The notes beneath the pieces were generated by a model. That model searched no databases, was not told where the DNA came from, and was given only the letters and a program-made list of their open reading frames with translations. From positions 5,088,001 through 5,152,000 of the forward strand of contig CBDFKD010000002.1 of NCBI GenBank assembly GCA_965248695.1: a stretch of DNA of 64,000 nt, read 5' to 3'. Source of the DNA: Acidobacteriota bacterium. GTDB taxonomy: Bacteria > Acidobacteriota > UBA890 > WLXD01. The position numbers and the translations under genes are program-made. This document shows, piece by piece, positions 38,420 to 47,846 of this stretch. The number at the start of each line of letters is the position of its first letter. Position 1 is the stretch's first letter.

Positions 38420-39682
38420 ATGGAGCTGACGCCTGCCGACCGACGACTGCTCGACGGCGGCGGTGGCGGCGGTGCTCAACTCGCCATGCAGCTCATCGTC
38501 CGGGTGGCGGAGGCGATTCGCGCTCCACGATTGATCGATATCTCCTGGGCCCACGTTGGCAGCGCCTACTACAACGGACAGGCCAACATCGACTTCGCCG
38601 AGAAGCTGATCCGGCTCGGTACTCGCGTCGCCATCCCGACGACGCTGACCACCTGCTCGCTGAACCTGCAACGGCTCGACGACTCCGACCCAGACGATCG
38701 CAACACCAGCCTGCACCTGATCGACCTGTACGAGAGCATGGGCTGCCGCCCGACCATGACGTGCGCTCCATACCACGTGCGAGCGGAGCCTGAGCTTGGC
38801 GAGCACGTTGCGTGGACCGAATCGAGCGCGGTGGTCTATGCCAACTCGATTCTGGGTGCGCGTACGAACGCCTATGTGGAGTTTCTCGACATGTGCGCGG
38901 CGATTACCGGCCGTGCACCGGATGCCGGCCTGCATCGCACCGAGAACCGCCGTGCCAGCGTCGTTGTGGAACTGCACGACCTGCCGTCGAGATGGCTCGA
39001 CGACGATCGCTTCTTCCACGTGCTCGGATTCCTGATCGGCCGCACCGTCGGGGATGACATTCCAGCGATCGTCGGCCTGCCCGACACCGCACGTACGGAG
39101 CAGCTGCGGGCGATCGGTTCCGCCGGGGCGGCATCCGGTGCGTTGAAGCTCTTCCACGCCGTCGGCATTACACCGGAAGGCGCAACGCTGGAAGAGGCCA
39201 GCCAGGGAGCTCCGCCGAGTCGCCGGATCCGCGTTGGCCCTGCCGATCTTCGTGCCGCTGCGGAGCAACTCGGCGCTGCCGGGGGCGACGACGTTGTCGG
39301 GGCGGTGTGCCTGGGGACGCCGCACTTCTCGCTCGCCGAGTTCGAGCAGCTCGTGCCGTTGATCCGGGGAGTGCGAGTCCACAAGGGCGTACGCTTCTAC
39401 GTATCGACCAGCGAACATGTGCTCAGCGAGGTCGAAGAACACGGCTGGCTCGCAACGCTGCATGCCGCCGGCGTGACCCCGGTCACGGGCCGATGCACCT
39501 ACTACGCGCCCTTGGTCGCCGGCTGCGACGGTCGTGTGGTGACCAACTCGGCCAAGTGGGCCTACTACGCGGCCGGGAGTCTGGGGTCTCGGCCCACGTT
39601 CGCGAGCTTGGAAGATTGCGTGCGCGCCGCCGCGAGCGGCCGCGTTCGTTCCGATGCGGAGTTCTGGTCCGATGGCAGCTGA
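38420..39682 (+). CDS. Aconitase X catalytic (large) subunit, DUF521
   Basis: TMTCAPY, WTESSAVVYANSILGARTN, LGTPHFS, TNSAKWAYY. Confidence 0.9.
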   Translation: MELTPADRRLLDGGGGGGAQLAMQLIVRVAEAIRAPRLIDISWAHVGSAYYNGQANIDFAEKLIRLGTRVAIPTTLTTCSLNLQRLDDSDPDDRNTSLHLIDLYESMGCRPTMTCAPYHVRAEPELGEHVAWTESSAVVYANSILGARTNAYVEFLDMCAAITGRAPDAGLHRTENRRASVVVELHDLPSRWLDDDRFFHVLGFLIGRTVGDDIPAIVGLPDTARTEQLRAIGSAGAASGALKLFHAVGITPEGATLEEASQGAPPSRRIRVGPADLRAAAEQLGAAGGDDVVGAVCLGTPHFSLAEFEQLVPLIRGVRVHKGVRFYVSTSEHVLSEVEEHGWLATLHAAGVTPVTGRCTYYAPLVAGCDGRVVTNSAKWAYYAAGSLGSRPTFASLEDCVRAAASGRVRSDAEFWSDGS

Positions 39683-40100
39683 GGTGATACGGGCTACCGA
39701 GATCCTTCTCGACGGCGAGTGCCGCGGCGAGACGCTGGTCCTGGAAGAGCCCTTGAGCTTCTGGGGCGGCCTCGATCCGAAGTCCGGCCGCATCGTCGAT
39801 GAGCATCACCCGCAAACCGGCACCTGTATTGCCGGGCGAATTCTCGTCATGCCGGGCACGCGCGGTAGCACCAGTTCGCCAGGCGCGCTGGCCGACGCAC
39901 TCCAGCGCGGCAAGGGGCCGGCCGCGGTGCTCCTGCCGGCGGGGAACGTCACGATTCTGGTGGCGGCGATGATCGCTCGAGAGCTCTACGGCACGGAATT
40001 ACCGGTGCTGGTCGTCGATCGAGGCGACTATCTCGGTCTGCGAACCGGGCAGCTCCTGACGATTGCCAACGGCAGCATCATGGAGGTCGACGAGCTCTGA
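39672..40100 (+). CDS. Aconitase X swivel (small) subunit, DUF126
   Basis: PLSFWGGLDP.SG.I.D.HHP, RGSTS. Confidence 0.9.
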   Translation: MAAEVIRATEILLDGECRGETLVLEEPLSFWGGLDPKSGRIVDEHHPQTGTCIAGRILVMPGTRGSTSSPGALADALQRGKGPAAVLLPAGNVTILVAAMIARELYGTELPVLVVDRGDYLGLRTGQLLTIANGSIMEVDEL

Positions 40101-40155
40101 CTACGGGTCGCAGCTCGATCCAGCAGATTGCCGAGGGAGTCTCCGCGGCGTCTGG

Positions 40156-41235
40156 CTATCGCTCGTAGATCTCGGTGTCGCGGTTGAACGCCGCCCACGC
40201 AAACCAGAACGCGTTGAAGGCTTCGGCTATACGGGGCAACCCACCGTTCTCAACCCGTCCGACGAGCTTCCCGCGGACGGGCACACCCTGGAGATTCCAC
40301 GTCGACCCGGTTTGACGATCCTTCAAGCGAAAGGGGAACCCGCCGGAACCGACGATGTCGAAGTCGAACTTCTTCCACTTCAGCTTCCCCTTCTTGTTGA
40401 GGATGCGCACCCGCCGGTCGAATGAGATTGCCAGCCGACGAGCGCCATCGACAACGAGCAGGACAGCGCGGCCGCCGACGTGATCGTTGATTGCGTCGCG
40501 AAGGGTCAGATCGTCGAGCGGATACGCTCGCGCGGTGCCCTTATGGGCGATGCCGTGTACCAGCATCTTGGGCGCGAGACGGTCATCGATGAAGCTGTGT
40601 GGAAAGAGGAGCCGGGTGCTCTCCACGGTGTCGTAGTCGCCGTACGGATACCGGCTGTAATCGCGGTTGTAACCGGTGTTGAAGGCGACCACCGTGCTGT
40701 CGGGATGCATCGCCTTCCAGGCGGCCCATGTCGTTTCGACCACCGGGTAGAGCGCCGGCCGGTGCGAGATGTACGCGCCACAGATGCCGCGAACCATCAT
40801 CTGTGACCACAGGCTCTCGGAAGCCCGGTCGTACATGACGAGGTTGTTGTCGAACAGCAGTCCCGATGTGCCAAAGGTCACACGCTCACCTTCGAGCACC
40901 GAGTCGTACACCAGGCCGCTGCCGGTCAGCGGACAGTAGGTGATCGTCATGGCGACGCCGCCGACCACGTCGTTGACGATCTCGTGCCACCACAGAATGC
41001 GCAGCGGATAGGCGCGCGCCTCTCCGTTCTGCACCACGCCAAGCACCATGTCAGCGGGTCCGAGACTCGTCTTGTCGGCCGATACCGTCAGCGGATCAGT
41101 CAGCGCAGGGATGGAATCGCGCGCCGCGCCGGCGATCAGATCGGCTTCGGAGATCAGGCATTGAGCCGCCGCTTCGACAGGCGCCAGCGCCACGGTTACC
41201 AGAGCGGCGATCCCTAGCGACAGCTGGGACTTCAC
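40156..41235 (-). CDS. Secreted DUF3179-domain protein
   Basis: DSIPAL, ARAYP..IL.WHEIVND, TYCPLTGS, FGTSGLL..NNLVMYDR, AFWFAW. Confidence 0.88.
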   Translation of the reverse strand: MKSQLSLGIAALVTVALAPVEAAAQCLISEADLIAGAARDSIPALTDPLTVSADKTSLGPADMVLGVVQNGEARAYPLRILWWHEIVNDVVGGVAMTITYCPLTGSGLVYDSVLEGERVTFGTSGLLFDNNLVMYDRASESLWSQMMVRGICGAYISHRPALYPVVETTWAAWKAMHPDSTVVAFNTGYNRDYSRYPYGDYDTVESTRLLFPHSFIDDRLAPKMLVHGIAHKGTARAYPLDDLTLRDAINDHVGGRAVLLVVDGARRLAISFDRRVRILNKKGKLKWKKFDFDIVGSGGFPFRLKDRQTGSTWNLQGVPVRGKLVGRVENGGLPRIAEAFNAFWFAWAAFNRDTEIYER

Positions 41236-41344
41236 GACGACTCTCCTTTGGCGACCGGGCCGGAGCGCCAGCCCGAAGCTCCCAAAGTTAGTGCGGGGCG
41301 CACAGCACCGCCAAGGTCCCGCACCACGATTCCTGTCAGCGTCG

Positions 41345-41560
41345 CTACACGCCGCTATCAGGCCCGAGACGGGCCAGGGCCTGATCAGACCGACCCCGGA
41401 TCATCCCGCGTTGAATGCCCATGTACCAGCGCATGAAGCCGCCAGGTCCGAACGCGGGGGCCTCATGGACCGAATAACGTCCAGCGCCGTAGGCTCCGGA
41501 CTTCACGCCGGCATGGTTGTTCTCGACGATCCAGATGTCTTCTACCTCGTCGTCTGACGG
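41345..41560 (-). pseudogene. C-terminal remnant of a Rieske oxygenase alpha subunit (GbcA/Stc2-like)
   Basis: Manual translation EVEDIWIVENNHAGVKSGAYGAGRYSVHE..GFMRWYM; in-frame stop shortly upstream and no start codon. Confidence 0.65.
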
Positions 41561-41651
41561 CCGGTACCGCGCCGCGGTTGCTCGCGTTTTCCGAAACGTT
41601 CAAACTCTTGGGTCCGCACCAGAAACGAACGTACCACGGGAGATTGTCACG

Positions 41652-42005
41652 ATGGACGGCGTCCTAGGGCAAGTGGTCGATTTCGAGCGCTACCCGCTCG
41701 ACGAACCTGACACCCCGGAGCTCCGTGCCCTGGTGACCGCATGCCGTACGAAGCTTGATGATCCGGCGCTCTATTTGCTGCCGGGCGAGGCTGACTCTGG
41801 GGGTGATTTCGGGTACGTTCCGTACGTCCGCGCCGGCACGTTGACGTTGTTTCGGGGGGATGAGTCGATCCACCAGGTCACCGAGATCGGAGCCGGATCG
41901 AAACGACGGATGATCGCGGTCTTCAGATACGACCAGGCGCCGAACATGGTCTTTCCGCAGCAGTACATCGAACAGGTGCGAAGCCTGGGGCAGGGGATTG
42001 CATGA
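41652..42005 (+). pseudogene. Internally deleted HalD/BesD/ArpA-like Fe(II)/2OG oxygenase
   Basis: Family-like N-terminus (VDFERYPLDEP..LV..CR..L) joined to GGDFGYVPYVR and GTLTLFRG.ESIHQVT; central HxD segment absent. Confidence 0.6.
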
Positions 42006-42694
42006 CCGACCAAGACAGCCAGCTGAACGAGTACTCGGGACCGACGGCGTTCATCGATAGCGACCATCCCGACGTGGTCGAGTTCGCGCACGAGAGCGTC
42101 AGCGCGGAGGACTCCGAGATCGACAAGTCGATCGCGCTCTACGATCGCGTCCGAGACGGGTACCGGTACGATCCGTACAGGATCGACTTGACCGTCGAGG
42201 GAATGCGCGCCAGCACCGTGCTCGAGAAGGGGTTCGGTTTCTGCATCTCCAAGGCGACGCTGCTCGCTGCTGCGGCACGGGTGCATGGCATCCCGAGTCG
42301 GCTGGGGTTCGGCGATGTCGTGAACCACCTGGTCACGGAGCGCCTGAAGCGCGAGATGCAAACCGATCTGTTCGTGTTCCATGGCTACACGGAGCTGTAT
42401 CTCGACGGTAAATGGGTCAAGGCGACGCCAGCGTTCAACGCTTCGTTGTGTGAGCGCTTCAACGTCGAGCCGATGGGATTCGATGGCCGCACCGACGCGC
42501 TGTTCCAGCAGTTCGATCGCGACGGCAATCACTACATGGAATACGTCCATGACCGCGGTCGCTACGCCGACGTGCCGCTGGACGAGATCATCGCAGTCTG
42601 GGCAGAGCACTACCCGGCGGAGGTGCTTGCCTCGCAGGACAGCGCCGGCAGTGACGCGACCGCCGGCGAGCGCGACCAGTTCGTCGAGGCCTAG
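42002..42694 (+). CDS. Transglutaminase-like family protein
   Basis: VRDGYRYDPY, GFCISKA.LL.A..R..GIPSR, FHGY.E.YL.G.WVKATP. Confidence 0.9.
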   Translation: MTDQDSQLNEYSGPTAFIDSDHPDVVEFAHESVSAEDSEIDKSIALYDRVRDGYRYDPYRIDLTVEGMRASTVLEKGFGFCISKATLLAAAARVHGIPSRLGFGDVVNHLVTERLKREMQTDLFVFHGYTELYLDGKWVKATPAFNASLCERFNVEPMGFDGRTDALFQQFDRDGNHYMEYVHDRGRYADVPLDEIIAVWAEHYPAEVLASQDSAGSDATAGERDQFVEA

Positions 42695-42970
42695 CAGGCG
42701 GTGGTGGAAGTGTGGCGGGCCTGGCGACAGGGTCTTGCGAGGTGGAGGCAAGGAGAGAGGAGGAGGCGATGGTTACCCCATCGTTGACGACGAACGACGC
42801 AGCATTACGCGCGCAACCCCCTGTCGCCCGAAGGGTTGCGGCGATTTGGGGCCATCTGCGGCGTTGGCCCTCCTCGACGATGGCTAGGGCATCGGCTGCG
42901 TCAGGCCGCCTTGCATCTGGCCCCAACTCGTCGCAACCAGGCCCGCCACACTTCCACCACGGCCTGCTAG
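42691..42970. mobile_element. MITE-like element, inverted second copy of 6824-7102
   Basis: CTAG at both ends (left one includes the TAG stop of the transglutaminase gene); ~33-nt TIRs; colinear with the reverse complement of 6824-7102. Confidence 0.92.
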
Positions 42971-43012
42971 CGCCGTGGTGCTGAAGGTGCGATCCCTGAG
43001 AGGTGTGCAGCC

Positions 43013-44473
43013 GTGACGATTGCCGATCAGCAGCTGTATGTCGGCGGCAGGTATCTGGATGCCACCGGCGGCGAAACATTCGACACCGTCAATCCGGCCA
43101 CCGGCGAAGTGTTGTGCAGCGTGCAGCAGGCCGGCGCCGAGGATGTCGATCGGGCCGTGGACTCGGCGCGGGCTGGGTTCCGCGAGTGGTCGACGACGAG
43201 CGGGGCCGAGCGCGGCCGTGTACTCAACCGCGCGGTGGCGCTGCTGCGGCAACGCAACGACGAGCTGGCGCACCTGGAGGTCCTGGACACCGGTAAGCCG
43301 ATCCAGGAGGCCTCGGTTGTCGACGTGCTGTCTGGCGCCGACTGCATCGAGTACTACGCCGGTCTTGCCGCCAGCCTGCACGGTGAGCATTTCGACCTCG
43401 GCTCGTCGTTCGCCTACACCCGCCGCGAGCCGCTCGGCGTGTGCGCCGGAATCGGTGCCTGGAACTACCCGTTGCAAATCGCCTGCTGGAAGTCCGGCCC
43501 GGCGCTGGCGTGCGGCAACGCGATGATCTTCAAGCCCGCCGAGCTCACCCCGCTGACGGCGCCGAAACTGGCAGAGATCTTCACCGAGGCAGGCGTACCG
43601 GATGGAGTGTTCAACGTCGTCCACGGGGATGGCCGAACAGGACAGTTGCTGACGCGCCATCCGGGAATCGACAAGGTCTCGCTGACCGGCGAGGTGGGTA
43701 CCGGAAAGCTCGTCATGGCTGACGCCGCCAGCACGCTCAAGCATGTGACGATGGAGCTCGGCGGCAAGTCGCCCCTGGTGATCTTCGCCGACTGTGACCT
43801 CGAGAACGCGGTGTCGGCGGCGCTGATGGCGAATTTCTACACCCAGGGCGAGGTCTGTTCCAACGGAACGCGGGTGTTCGTCGAAAGCAGCATCCACGAT
43901 CGATTCATCGCCCGTCTCCTGGAGCGTGTCAGACAGATGCGGATCGGCGACCCGCTCGATCCAGAGACCCATGTCGGGGCCCTGATCTCCGCGGAGCACC
44001 GGGACCGTGTGCTCGGCTATATCGAGTCCGGAAAGGCGGCCGGCGCCAAAATTCTATGCGGCGGCGCCGCTCCGCCCGAACCAGAGCTTGCCGCCGGCTT
44101 TTTCGTCGAGCCGACGGTGTTTGATGGCTGCAGTGACGACATGCAGATCGTCAAGGAAGAGATCTTCGGCCCGGTGATGGCAGTGCTCGGCTTCGAAACC
44201 GAGGACGAGGTGGTCGCGCGCGCCAACGACACCACCTACGGGCTCGCTGCTGGCGTCTTCACGAGGGATATCCAACGCGCGCATCGAGTGGTGGCACAGC
44301 TGGAGGCGGGCACATGCTGGATCAACAACTACAACATCACGCCGATCGAGATGCCGTTTGGCGGCACCAAACAGTCCGGCATCGGGCGCGAGAACAGCCT
44401 CACCACCTTGAACCACTACACGCAGCTCAAGAGCGTCTATGTGGAGATGGGCGACGTGGAGGCACCGTACTGA
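43013..44473 (+). CDS. betB: Betaine aldehyde dehydrogenase
   Basis: [50 protein letters not shown]. Confidence 0.9.
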   Translation: MTIADQQLYVGGRYLDATGGETFDTVNPATGEVLCSVQQAGAEDVDRAVDSARAGFREWSTTSGAERGRVLNRAVALLRQRNDELAHLEVLDTGKPIQEASVVDVLSGADCIEYYAGLAASLHGEHFDLGSSFAYTRREPLGVCAGIGAWNYPLQIACWKSGPALACGNAMIFKPAELTPLTAPKLAEIFTEAGVPDGVFNVVHGDGRTGQLLTRHPGIDKVSLTGEVGTGKLVMADAASTLKHVTMELGGKSPLVIFADCDLENAVSAALMANFYTQGEVCSNGTRVFVESSIHDRFIARLLERVRQMRIGDPLDPETHVGALISAEHRDRVLGYIESGKAAGAKILCGGAAPPEPELAAGFFVEPTVFDGCSDDMQIVKEEIFGPVMAVLGFETEDEVVARANDTTYGLAAGVFTRDIQRAHRVVAQLEAGTCWINNYNITPIEMPFGGTKQSGIGRENSLTTLNHYTQLKSVYVEMGDVEAPY

Positions 44474-45831
44474 TGCAGCGCCTCATCGCTTGCCTCGCCG
44501 TGGTGCTGGCGACCGGCGCGCTAGCTGCGACGAACGGAGGCGACCAGGACTTCGCCCATGCCGTACCCGAAGAGGTCGGCATGTCGACCGAGCGCCTGGA
44601 ACGCATCCGACCGCTGATGCAAGGGTACGTCGACGAAGGCAAGCTCCCGGGCGTGCTGACGGTAGTGGCTCGCCGCGGCAAGCTGGTGCATTTCGAGACC
44701 GTCGGCCAGATGGATATCGAAGCCGGGGCCCCGATGCGCGCGGACACCATCTTTCGCATCTACTCGATGAGCAAGGTGGTCAACGCCGTCGCCGTGATGA
44801 TGCTGCTGGAGCAGGGTGAGCTTCTGCTCACCGATCCCGTAGCCGACTACCTCCCGGTGCTAACGGACATGCGCGTCTATCTGGACGGCGCAGGTGACGC
44901 GCTTCGCACCGAGGCAGCGCGGCCGATCACGGTGTTGCATCTGTTGACCCATACCTCCGGGTTCACCTACGGCGGCGAAGGCACGATAGGTGACCTGTAC
45001 CGTCAGGAAGGCGTCTTCGGATCTCCATCACGGAGCGACACGGCGCCACCGACGCTAACGGCTTTCGTTGAGCGGCTAGCCACCGTGCCGTTGGCGGCAC
45101 AACCGGGGAGCGCCTTTCACTACGGGGTTTCCAATGACGTCTTGGGGCGCCTCGTCGAGGTGGTCTCCGGCAGTCCCTACGATCAGTTCCTTTCCAAGAA
45201 CATCTTCGTGCCACTGCGTATGGTCGATACGGGCTTCTACGTCCCGGATTCGAAGATCGATCGGTTCGCCGCCAACTACGCCCCCGTGGGCGGAAGTGTA
45301 GCGGAGGCGCTGCGCTCAGACGATTCCTCGCCCGCCAGGGCACCAACACCGCTGTTGCGGCTTGTCGACTCACCCCGCCAGAGCGTTTGGCGCGACCTGA
45401 ACCCGGTGCCCTACGGTGGCGCCGGGCTGGTCTCGACGGCCACGGATTACCTGCGGTTCGCGCAAATGTTGCTGAACGGTGGCGAGCTCGACGGGGCACG
45501 CTTGCTAGGCCGCAAGACCGTCGAGTTGATGCGGCAAGACCACACTACGCCGATGACCGGTCCGGATCCGTTGAGCGTCTTCGCCGACTACTACGAAGGC
45601 TGCTCCGCCGGCTTCGGCTTTGGCCTCACCGGCTCGGTAGTGATCGATGCCGCCCGTACCTGTACGCCGGGGTCGGTGGGTTCCTTCTCGTGGGGCGGTG
45701 CGGCGAGCACGGAATGGTGGATGGATCCCGAGGAGGAGCTCATCGGCATGCTGTTCACCCAACAGCTGGGCTCCCCGTATCCACTGCGCGCCCAGATGAA
45801 AGTCCTGACCTACCAGGCGCTGGTCGATTAG
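44473..45831 (+). CDS. Secreted serine hydrolase (beta-lactamase class C/esterase family)
   Basis: FRIYSMSK (SxxK), LLTHTSG, FHYG, WGGAAST. Confidence 0.9.
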   Translation: MQRLIACLAVVLATGALAATNGGDQDFAHAVPEEVGMSTERLERIRPLMQGYVDEGKLPGVLTVVARRGKLVHFETVGQMDIEAGAPMRADTIFRIYSMSKVVNAVAVMMLLEQGELLLTDPVADYLPVLTDMRVYLDGAGDALRTEAARPITVLHLLTHTSGFTYGGEGTIGDLYRQEGVFGSPSRSDTAPPTLTAFVERLATVPLAAQPGSAFHYGVSNDVLGRLVEVVSGSPYDQFLSKNIFVPLRMVDTGFYVPDSKIDRFAANYAPVGGSVAEALRSDDSSPARAPTPLLRLVDSPRQSVWRDLNPVPYGGAGLVSTATDYLRFAQMLLNGGELDGARLLGRKTVELMRQDHTTPMTGPDPLSVFADYYEGCSAGFGFGLTGSVVIDAARTCTPGSVGSFSWGGAASTEWWMDPEEELIGMLFTQQLGSPYPLRAQMKVLTYQALVD

Positions 45832-45837
45832 GAGGTG

Positions 45838-47805
45838 ATGGAAGTGTCCGCCGACCTGCCGCATCTGTTCTCACCGCTCACGATCCGCAACGTCACCCTG
45901 AAGAACCGCATCGTATCCACCGGTCATGACACGATGATGGCCGAGGACGGTCTGCCGAGCGCCACAACGGCGGCGTATCATCGCGCTCGCGCCGTCGGCG
46001 GTGTCGGCCTGATCATCACCGAGGTGGCTGGAATCCACCCCAGCTCGCGGTACACGCCGCACATGGCTGTGGCGACGCACGACGACTGCATCCCGGGATT
46101 TCGTGGCATCGCCGAGGCGTGTCACGAGCATGGATGCACCGTGTTCGGCCAGCTGTTCCACCCCGGTCGAGAGCTGTTCCCGAAGAGCGAGGACGGTACG
46201 GCGATGGTCGCCTATTCGGCGTCGGCGGTGCCCAACGAGCGCTTCCACGTCATGCCGCGGGCGATGCCCAAACGGATTATCGACGAGATCGTCACCGGCT
46301 TTGCGGACGGCGCCGCTCGCCTGCAGCAGGCAGGCTTCGATGGGGTGGAGATCGTCGGCAGTCACGGCTATTTGATCGCTCAGTTTCTCAACCCGCGGGT
46401 GAACCGGCGCGACGACGAGTACGGTGGCTCCTTGGACGCCCGCCTGAGGCTGGTGCGTGAGGTGGCCGCAGCCATCCGGCAACGCACCGGCGACATGGTC
46501 GTCGGGCTGCGTATCTCGGCCGACGAGCAGAACCCGGACGGTCTGCAACCTGATGCCGTGACGGAGGTCTGTAGAACGCTCGACGTCGATGGCGAGATCG
46601 ACTACTTCAGCGTCGTTGCCGGTGCCTCCACGACGCTCGGAAGCGCCCTCCACATCGTGCCGCCCATGGAGCTGGGCCGCACCTACGTGGCGCCACATGC
46701 GGCCGCCGTGCGCGCCGCGGTGAGCAAGCCGGTCATCGTCACGGGCCGTACGGTCAACCCGATAGACGCCGAGCGAGTGCTCACCGACGGTCACGCCGAT
46801 CTGTGCGGCATGACGCGCGCCTTGATCAGCGACCCCGAGATGCCCAACAAGGCGCGTGCTGGCCGGCTCGACGACATCCGCACCTGCATCGGCTGCAACC
46901 AGGCGTGCATCGGCCACATGCACATGGGCGTGCCGATCTCCTGTATCCAATACCCGGAGAGCGGGCGAGAGCTGCGTTACGGCGAGCGGGGGCGGGCGAC
47001 GGCCGCCCGGCGCGTGCTGGTAGTCGGCGGGGGTCCGGCAGGCATGAAGGCGGCAGCGGTCGCTGCCGAGCGAGGTCACGAAGTGGTGCTCTACGAACGC
47101 ACCGCGGCCCTCGGCGGGCAGGTACTCATCGCAGCGGCACTCCCCGGACGCGCCGAGTTCGGGGGCCTGGTGCCCAACCTGCAGCGCGAGGTCGAGGCAG
47201 CCGGCGTGGAAGTGAAAACCAACGTCGAAGTGACCCGCGAGCTCGTTGCCGAGCGAGCGCCGGACGTGGTGATCCTGGCGACCGGAGCACGGCCGTACGT
47301 CCCGACGATCCCGGGAACTGACGGTGCCCACGTCGTTACCGCCTGGCAAGTGCTGCAGGACGAGGTCGAAACCCGAGGCTCAGTGGTGGTGGCAGATTGG
47401 CGCTGCGATTGGATCGGGCTCGGCGTGGCCCAGAAGTTGGCGATCGCCGGCCACTCGGTGCATCTGTGCGTCAACGGCAGGATGCCCGGTGAGACGATCC
47501 AGCAGTATGTCCGCGACCAGATGGTGGGTGCCCTGCACCGGCTGGGCGCAGAGGTCACTCCGCTCGCTCGCCTCCATCGTATCGACGGGAACGCGGCGCA
47601 CTTCGTGCACACCACCAGCGGTGAGCCGATGGTCGTAGCAGGAGTCGACACGGTCGTCCTGGCCCTGGGACACGCTGCACGGAACGAGCTAGAGTCCGAT
47701 CTGGCCGATTTCAGCGGTGAGCTGTGCATCATTGGCGATTGCCTTTGTCCGCGAACCGTCGAAGAGGCGGTGTTCGAGGGGCTCAAGGCAGGGATCGCCG
47801 TATAG
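45838..47805 (+). CDS. NADH:flavin oxidoreductase (OYE fold + FAD/NAD domain), N-methylproline demethylase StcD-like
   Basis: LKNRIVSTGH, SHGYLIAQFL, CIGCNQACIGH Fe-S motif, GGGPAGMKAA. Confidence 0.82.
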   Translation: MEVSADLPHLFSPLTIRNVTLKNRIVSTGHDTMMAEDGLPSATTAAYHRARAVGGVGLIITEVAGIHPSSRYTPHMAVATHDDCIPGFRGIAEACHEHGCTVFGQLFHPGRELFPKSEDGTAMVAYSASAVPNERFHVMPRAMPKRIIDEIVTGFADGAARLQQAGFDGVEIVGSHGYLIAQFLNPRVNRRDDEYGGSLDARLRLVREVAAAIRQRTGDMVVGLRISADEQNPDGLQPDAVTEVCRTLDVDGEIDYFSVVAGASTTLGSALHIVPPMELGRTYVAPHAAAVRAAVSKPVIVTGRTVNPIDAERVLTDGHADLCGMTRALISDPEMPNKARAGRLDDIRTCIGCNQACIGHMHMGVPISCIQYPESGRELRYGERGRATAARRVLVVGGGPAGMKAAAVAAERGHEVVLYERTAALGGQVLIAAALPGRAEFGGLVPNLQREVEAAGVEVKTNVEVTRELVAERAPDVVILATGARPYVPTIPGTDGAHVVTAWQVLQDEVETRGSVVVADWRCDWIGLGVAQKLAIAGHSVHLCVNGRMPGETIQQYVRDQMVGALHRLGAEVTPLARLHRIDGNAAHFVHTTSGEPMVVAGVDTVVLALGHAARNELESDLADFSGELCIIGDCLCPRTVEEAVFEGLKAGIAV

Positions 47806-47846
47806 AGTCGGCAACCTCGCGGCGAATTGCCCAAGGAGCAAGACGG

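Noticed and set aside
38273-39793. Long antisense ORFs (also 1470-2447, 22197-23240, 34696-35805, 45871-47349)
   Set aside because: Shadow frames of well-supported genes in high-GC DNA; no motifs
40156-41235. Selenocysteine recoding in the DUF3179 protein
   Set aside because: The ORF is complete without an in-frame TGA
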